64,000 bases of DNA from Flectonema sp. DT1601. Lineage: Eukaryota. The position numbers were made by a program, and so were the translations under genes. Position 1 is the stretch's first letter; every line of letters starts with the position of its first letter. A model generated the notes under the pieces. The model saw only the letters and a list, made by a program, of their open reading frames with translations. It made no database searches and was not told the DNA's origin. Location of the stretch: NCBI GenBank assembly GCA_964019425.1, contig OZ025799.1, positions 310,001 through 374,000 on the forward strand, written 5' to 3'. Shown piece after piece: positions 57,327 through 64,000 of this stretch.

Positions 57327-57764
57327 TTATTTCAACTGCTCATCTATGAAAGAAGTATGTTTATGATCAGGTAATATAACTACCTGTTGCATCCAGAGAG
57401 GATCAGGCTCAGTTCTTCGACTGCCGGTAGGTTCATCAGTTAGGAGGTGGAGTAGTAGCTCAGGGGTAACCGCCTCAGTATTCTTTTCAAGATTATTATG
57501 AAAATTCAGAAATCCAGTAAAAGTTGGAGGAGCGAGGTCACACTCCACAATATTCTTCTCAACGTCAGTTAACCAGTTTTGTGGATCAGTTTCACCGCTG
57601 GATTCTATCTCCGCATCTATTTCTAATCTCTTTACAAATTCTTCTGCCAATGTCGCTTTACTCTTTCTAACATCGTGAACCTTCTTCCTGGTTGTTACTC
57701 CAGTTAGATGAATATCGTCTTTGTAACCAGCATCATTTATAGCTTGAGGATCAATGGCTGCCAT
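57327..57764 (-). CDS. Hypothetical protein (145 aa)
   Basis: ATG ORF with coding-like composition. No family recognised. Confidence 0.65.
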   Translation of the reverse strand: MAAIDPQAINDAGYKDDIHLTGVTTRKKVHDVRKSKATLAEEFVKRLEIDAEIESSGETDPQNWLTDVEKNIVECDLAPPTFTGFLNFHNNLEKNTEAVTPELLLHLLTDEPTGSRRTEPDPLWMQQVVILPDHKHTSFIDEQLK

Positions 57765-58715
57765 TGTTTTATAAGGGTGTTAGGGTGTCAGGGTGTTAGG
57801 GGGGTGGATTTCCTTATTTCCCTCCCTCCCTCGCTGTGAAAAATAAAACGGTTACGGAATTAATTACAATCTTCGGAGGAGACTTCTTTGCAATATACAC
57901 GTCTTCATGCGCTGCCTGTTAAGGTAACTAACGGATAAGTAAGTTTGAGGCAAAATCGAGAAAAAAGGAACATCCGTACAATACAAAAATACATGGAAGT
58001 AGGGTTCGGGAACTAGGAGGGGAAATTCAGCTGCATTTGAGGCGAAGCTCTTTCATCAGTAAAAAGTGTACAAAAAACAAGAACTATGGAAACAAGAACA
58101 TTAATAAAATAACACATATTCGTGTGAGATGGAAAGCACTAAATGTTTCCCTTTTTTTCTTTTTCTCTCCCTCTCCTGCCATTGCTATACCAATACGACT
58201 AGGAAAAGCGATGAGGGGAGCAATAACAAGAAAATACCACGCGTATTTTTATCCATCTGATTTTTCAGTTGGTATTGATAAGTAAAACAAAAAAGCGTCT
58301 TCAAAAACAAAAAAGAGACAACACCAATACCAACCTAGTAGCTATTATTGACAACAGAAAAACAGATACTTCAAAACAAAAAAAAAAAAAAGAAATCCCT
58401 GATTAACGCTGTCAGAGATGGGAACAATTAAACACGGCGTAGGTAACTCACTTCATAGACTAGAAGAAAAACAACGCTTCATAGGGAAAAAAAGAAAAAA
58501 TAAAGAACCAAGTTACCTGTGATATACTACTCGATATATTATTAAAGAACAGAAAATTAAAATAAACAATCACAGAATTGGGGAAACGAGAAAAAACAAA
58601 TCACTAGGTTTTTTTTTCTTTCTGCAGGACTGAAAATTTGTCCACCGAAAAATAGATTCAGCAATGTGCCTCCATTAGACTTGAAATGAAACGAGTGAGA
58701 ACACGATAATCTGAC

Positions 58716-59540
58716 TTAACGACATTTAATATTTCCTGATGATACCGCAAACAGTGGATCATAAGCTCCAGGTCCTGGTGACGAACTATTACGGATTGGT
58801 CCTGCACGACGGTAGGTCTTTCCAGAAGTACCGACTACGCCTCCCTTAGTAGAAAGCATTGAATTATTGTTTGAATAATGACATGAAGAAGGTGAATCAT
58901 ATCTACGTTTAAAGTGTGAATCCACTACTCGACTGCTCTTAGAAAATGAACCTCCTTTTGCAGATTTTGAAAACGAATCTTGTGACAATGATGCATAGTC
59001 TGCAGGTCCAGGAGGAGCATCCCCGTATGATCTCGTAGACCTCCTTTGATAACCAGCAGTGCTAAATGGAAGTCCAGATCTTCTTGGAGAGTTAGTATTT
59101 TGATAACTCTCAACAGTATTATAACTACCCGGACCTACATGTGATCCCGTAGCCACACCTGTGTATAATGGTCTTCTTGTTGAAGTACCAAAAGATCTAC
59201 CCCTGTTATTTACCCAACTGTTTTCTGATGTATTATAAGCAGCTGGGCCAGGAGACATACTCGCAACTCGTCGAAGATCCTTTCCACCACCAGAAGAGAG
59301 TCCAGCTCTTCCGATTGTACCTCCTCTTCCGAAACTGGTGTGGCCTTCAGCTGCTGTATTATAATGACCAGGACCAGGACTTTCAGCTCTCGCTGCTAGC
59401 TGTGCTGGTGTTTCCCTGCGTGAACTTGGGATCTTTGGAGCTGAGCTATCTAAGACAGAAAAGTATCCCGTACGGTCCGTGTGTGGATCACCAGTCAAGG
59501 AAATTACACTCTTCGAGGGTGATGCTGCGCGAGGCATCAT
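58716..59540 (-). CDS. SHIPPO/sperm-tail PG-rich repeat protein (ODF3/STPG-like)
   Basis: Repeated SPGPGHY, SPGPAAY, VGPGSY, PPGPADY and SPGPGAY motifs. ATG (MMPRAASP) at 59540. Confidence 0.85.
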   Translation of the reverse strand: MMPRAASPSKSVISLTGDPHTDRTGYFSVLDSSAPKIPSSRRETPAQLAARAESPGPGHYNTAAEGHTSFGRGGTIGRAGLSSGGGKDLRRVASMSPGPAAYNTSENSWVNNRGRSFGTSTRRPLYTGVATGSHVGPGSYNTVESYQNTNSPRRSGLPFSTAGYQRRSTRSYGDAPPGPADYASLSQDSFSKSAKGGSFSKSSRVVDSHFKRRYDSPSSCHYSNNNSMLSTKGGVVGTSGKTYRRAGPIRNSSSPGPGAYDPLFAVSSGNIKCR

Positions 59541-60575
59541 GTAGGACTGTTTGTCTACAGCTGAAAATAGAAATATATTTTGTGTTGAACTATCAATAAC
59601 TAATAATTTAGTAACAGCAACATTCACACATCATCGTTAATGAGGTAGCTGTGTAGTGTAACAGTGACACCCATGCCACTTTACCATTTAAACGGGGCAC
59701 AATGCGGCCACAAGTTACCTTTTTTTTTTTTTTTTTTTTCCCGTTTGTTTTAGTTTTTTTTTTTTTGTGTGTAAGCCAGAAATTTAACCTAGCACTTTGG
59801 GAAACAACATGGAGAGGAAGAAAAAAAAAAAAAAAAACGAGATATAAAAAAAAAATGAACCTGAATAAAATACAATCTTCGCAAAAAATAAAATTTAAAA
59901 AAGGTATTTTTCGCATTAAAAAGTTTTTTTTTTTTTTTTTTTTTTTTCATTTCATCTCTTTCATTTTTACTCCAAAAGAATTCATAAGGCAAATCCTCAT
60001 ATTCCCATCCCAACTAAACAAGTCAACTGATATTATGTTGATTACAAGAAAGAAAAAGAAAAAAAAACAAGCAATAACAACAACAAAAAAAGAGGTAAAA
60101 AGAAAATAAAAAAAAAAGAAACTTAACCAACCAAAATAATAAACCTCCCTGACTCTATGAATAGAGCATGTATCTGATATTACAGAATGCACATTTTTTT
60201 TTTTTTTTTTGCATGAAATTTCTTCTGTTGATTTGGTATCCCACTTCCAAACAAGGATGTTCAGTGATAATATCTAAACCAAATCTAACTACATAATCTC
60301 ACAATCAAACCATTTCAGACAAAGCAGCCTTTATATTTTCTTGATAATAGCAGACGATAAGTATTATTTGTAGGCACAGGGAAATAGATAACATTTTGAC
60401 CATAATAAATAAACAGGCTCTTAATCTGAATAGTTTCCGGATAACAAATCTTTTTAAAAAAAAAAATTGAAATAAAAAAAATTCGCACCACCATGTTAAT
60501 AGCAGGTGACCAAAGTGAGAAGTGATGTGATGTGATTTAACTAAAAAGTGATAAACAGTTGATTTACGTTTATTC

Positions 60576-60882
60576 TTATTCGTTAGGCGGGGAAGCAACT
60601 CGTGCTCTCTGTGCCTTGTTTTGTTCAGTCAGCAAGTCACGAAGACATGTCAATGCAGTATCATCTTGAGCCGTCTGTTTATATTATTCATCAGTTTCCA
60701 TCAATACACAAAATCCATAACAAAAAATAGTGACTACATACCTCAGGATCTATGACTCCTTGTTGCGCTGTAGCCATCAAAACAATGTCAAGCGATGATG
60801 TTTGGCGAGAACTACGCAAAGCAGCTCTCAAGGACCCCTGAATAAGAACTGGTCCCTGTAACTGCTCTTCTTCTTCATTCAT
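60576..60882 (-). CDS. Small hypothetical protein (79 aa), 2 exons: 60882-60742, 60674-60576
   Basis: CTCTCTGCAG upstream, ATG (MNEEEEQLQG), and a 67-nt GTATGT...AAACAG intron matching the other introns give an in-frame exon 2 (TAQDDTALTC...SPPNE*). Confidence 0.6.
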
Positions 60883-61297
60883 ACTGTCAGTACAGAAATA
60901 TCCCACCTGCAGAGAGTAATAATTTATATAACTACGCGGCACCTTAATTGACTCGAGAATCTTACACACGTTTATGTTCAGAAGCTCCCTTCAGACAAAT
61001 GATCATTTCCGTGCTGTGTTAATGTCATTTAAAAAATAATCTACATTTTCAAAACGCTCGTGTGTTTGTTACGTCACAGACAGCAACGACGGTAGCACGG
61101 GTTAGTCAGGCTAGGGTGGGTAACTGTCAAAAGGTTTTTCCTTTCTTTTTTTACAAATAACAATGGAAACGAACAATGAAGGGAGTTGCTTTTGAGTATT
61201 GTGAAACAATGCTGCAGCACCGCACCACAGAACAACAGCGGTGCAGCAACAACAGCGACGTTCCACTATCAAAAAATAACAAGAGAGAGGAAGCTCA

Positions 61298-61537
61298 CTA
61301 TTTATCAGTATTTTTAGTCTTCTCTGTGGTGGCCGTTGACTCTGCCGAGACGGTTGCATCATTTGTTGCGTTGGCCCCCTTATAAACTTTATACCCGTCT
61401 TTGCCATTCATTCTCCTCATCATTTTCATTCTTTTTTTAGTTTCCTTTGGCTTGTCAGAAGGTGTTGAAGTTGTTGAAGTTTCCTTGTATTCATTATATC
61501 CAGCTTTTCCGCTGGCATCGTGCAACATGCCTATCAT
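61298..61537 (-). CDS. Possible small hydrophilic protein (~79 aa)
   Basis: ATG lies just downstream of TTTTTCAG. Internal duplication GKAGYNEYK / GKDGYKVYK. Low complexity otherwise. Confidence 0.35.
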   Translation of the reverse strand: MIGMLHDASGKAGYNEYKETSTTSTPSDKPKETKKRMKMMRRMNGKDGYKVYKGANATNDATVSAESTATTEKTKNTDK

Positions 61538-61792
61538 TTTGTTGTTACTGAAAAAAGAAACCGGGGAATTAATTGAAACGCTACCGTTACCACAAAAGTG
61601 CTGGGCGAACCATATGTGCAAAGAACAAAAAAAAAAGAAGAAAATCGAATAAAGTAAATAACAAAACTGATTTGATCGACAACGTTGTTACTGGCTGCGC
61701 TCTTCTTTTTCTCTTCTGAACTCCTCGGTCCAAGTTCAGCCTATAATGTAAGTTAAAGAGATTCCAGTCATACTGATAAGGCTCTCCCCCAT

Positions 61793-62569
61793 TTACACAC
61801 CAACGAGAACATTTTTACGCAATTTTAGAAGATCGCCTCCATCATCGAGCTGAACATGCCATCGAGTTCCAACGAGTTGCGTTACAACTCCGTTCTTTCC
61901 ATTTAAATCAGGTCGGGCAGTGAGGCCAGAAATAGTGACTCGACCTCCTACAACAGGTTCCTTAGGAGAGGAGGGTATCGGAACCTCATCTTTTGGGATT
62001 TCTACTTCAGCGACAGATTCAGTTGGAGCGACTGGTTCTACTTGTGGTTCCTCATCCTCTTGGTCATCATCGTCATCACCTGCTCCTGTGATGAATCCGT
62101 CAGGGAACATTTTATTAAAAGTTGATGATTTTGAATTAAATTCCTTGCTCTTCGACGTGAATACTTTCTTCTCCGAATCTGACAGTGCAGGATGTATTGC
62201 TCCTTCTGTAGGAGTGTCCTCAACCATGAATGATAAAAGTCCTTTTAAGATTGTTGAAACTGACCAAGCAGGATTCCAAGTCTCCGGATGAAAATTCGAC
62301 ATAGAAAGACACAGAGCTGTGTTCGTCTTAAATCGACCATTCGGAGTGAATATAACAATCTCAGGTGGTGCTAGTGGATAGTTTGATGGAAAACGAATCC
62401 TTCCATGATACTCACCTCCCTCATAAGGAGTCTCCTCTGGTCCTTGTAATAAGTAATCCCATTCCAGGATATTTTTCTCGTTTATAGCAACGCATATCAG
62501 TGGAGGAGGATCTTTATAAAAATTAAGGAGTTCCTTTCGAAGGCGAGTTGTCGCTGCTTTTTTTGCCAT
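61793..62569 (-). CDS. Ubiquitin-conjugating enzyme E2, UBE2J/Ubc6-like, with C-terminal SH3/KOW-like beta domain
   Basis: RLRKE, NILEW, GPEETPYEGG, YPLAPP, TPNGRF and LCLSMSNFHPETWNPAWSVSTIL are Ubc6 signatures with the catalytic Cys. Confidence 0.9.
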   Translation of the reverse strand: MAKKAATTRLRKELLNFYKDPPPLICVAINEKNILEWDYLLQGPEETPYEGGEYHGRIRFPSNYPLAPPEIVIFTPNGRFKTNTALCLSMSNFHPETWNPAWSVSTILKGLLSFMVEDTPTEGAIHPALSDSEKKVFTSKSKEFNSKSSTFNKMFPDGFITGAGDDDDDQEDEEPQVEPVAPTESVAEVEIPKDEVPIPSSPKEPVVGGRVTISGLTARPDLNGKNGVVTQLVGTRWHVQLDDGGDLLKLRKNVLVGV

Positions 62570-64000
62570 TTTTAATTCAAGGTGACTATGTGAATGTGAT
62601 AACAGAAGCTAACTCTTCAGAACGTAACAAAACAACAATCGCTTTCATTAAATTATGAAAATGAAATTTTTTGCGGATCAATGAAAATAGATAGACGGCG
62701 ATTCGCTACGGATGATCAAATAAAACGCAACAAAAATATATAATTGAAAGATGAATCACGATTGAGACGAAAACGGGGAAGAGAACTGATAAAACATGGT
62801 CTACCTACGCGTGTATATTTTTTTTCTCAAGAAGCAGCCATTCACCAAAAGACATTATTCTGATTTCCCTAATACGTGAATGCGAGAAGTCATAAACAGA
62901 CTCCCCGAACACAATAAGGAAAACACACGTTTAAAAAGACAATAAATTATAAAGGCTTACGTTCAGCTCTCTTAATTTTCACACTCTCGAATGGGATTCT
63001 CCTGCGCAGATTTATATAAATCGAAATTCATATCACACGTCCTAGCTGTGCGAATTCAAAAATAATGATTGTCCTTTAGAACAACTCATCAACAAATAAA
63101 ACTATTCACAGAAGGTGAAACGGAGTTTCTTCTCAGACTCGATGATCATCGATGTAACAAAAAAAATGATAACCAAATAAACAGAACGGAAGAAGTAACC
63201 AAGTTCCTGCGTTAAGAAACTAAGTTGTCATTCTAGTGCTGAGGCATTCATTTTCAAAGCAAATGGCTTGGGTTCGTACTGCCACGAACGATACATTACA
63301 CGCGAACAATAGCAAGCCGATGAATAGGTTAGATAGGAAGAAAGGTATAGAAAGAAGGAAAACACATGCATGCAATACCTTTTTGTTAATTATTAACAAC
63401 AGTATTAATGGTTATCAGTCAATTACAAAAATTTCAATCAAATGCAAAAAAATTCGTAGGACAATAAACAAATAATGGTTGGTTTCGGGGCAATCTTTCA
63501 TTTTTTTTAATTAAAAAATCTTTCTTCGCGGAGCCCTATAGTTAGTCGCGAGCCCGGCATGCTGTCGAGCACCAGTTAAATAGAACTTCACGAGAATAAT
63601 CACCATCACTGTAAAAGTGATCGGATAATTTCAGCCAACTACATAAAATTGTGAAAAAAGATATCGTGATGTTATCTTCCCAAAACAAGTACCGAACTAA
63701 CTGAGGACGTGTGATCAACATTATTTTACACAAATAAAAACAAAAAAAATAAAACAAACTCGACATATCAAGTGCCGATGCGTCCTCTTCTTTTAAAGAG
63801 AGAGACAGTAAGATGTGACGTCGATGTCACATAATTCTCATATATAAAAAACCCACACAGCATATAACAAAAAGAGTGGGGAGCTTGGAGAAATAAATCA
63901 TGGTTAACATGCAACAACATTAGATATGAATCAGCATTACTGGATTCTGTCCACATAAAATTGCATGCTTCGAATTAACCATCAGAGAGGAAAAAAAATG

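Noticed and set aside
1..64000. Non-standard genetic code, tRNA/rRNA genes or transposable-element ORFs
   Set aside because: TAA, TAG and TGA all terminate genes, long ORFs read cleanly in the standard code, and no RT, transposase, tRNA or rRNA signatures were seen.

Overview
Eukaryotic, AT-rich genomic DNA with long poly(A)/poly(T) tracts. About 24 credible protein-coding genes lie on the minus strand, and none on the plus strand. Short GT-AG introns (61-113 nt) interrupt several genes, and pyrimidine-rich AG sites sit just upstream of many ATGs. This fits a euglenozoan-style directional gene cluster with trans-splicing plus cis-splicing; a diplonemid is my inference, not a proven assignment. 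The centrepiece is a ~5,494-aa four-exon gene (33443-50190). It fuses a signal peptide, an apparently catalytically dead GH81 beta-1,3-glucanase domain, a degenerate clan GH-A TIM barrel and an intact GT48 beta-1,3-glucan synthase. These are followed by an EF-hand-like insert, 18 Trp/Pro-rich ~85-aa repeats, a small ubiquitin/PB1-like segment and a PDZ domain, making it a candidate single-chain paramylon-type glucan synthesis and assembly machine. Other genes include NADH-cytochrome b5 reductase, an F-box-like/dynein-MTBD protein, an LKB1-like kinase, DNAAF9/Shulin, an FkbM methyltransferase, an LRRC45-like protein, probable ATP synthase subunit e, a Munc13/DUF810 protein, a PAF-acetylhydrolase, a UBL-ankyrin protein, a cytochrome b5-like protein, a Kelch protein, a PTS1 histidine phosphatase, a SHIPPO-repeat protein and a UBE2J-like E2. 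Non-coding signals include four covarying bulged hairpins (5852-6291), a perfect 12-bp minisatellite (19613-19837), and cis-intron 3' ends that are A/C-rich rather than pyrimidine-rich. All family calls come from motif recognition by eye; no searches were run.
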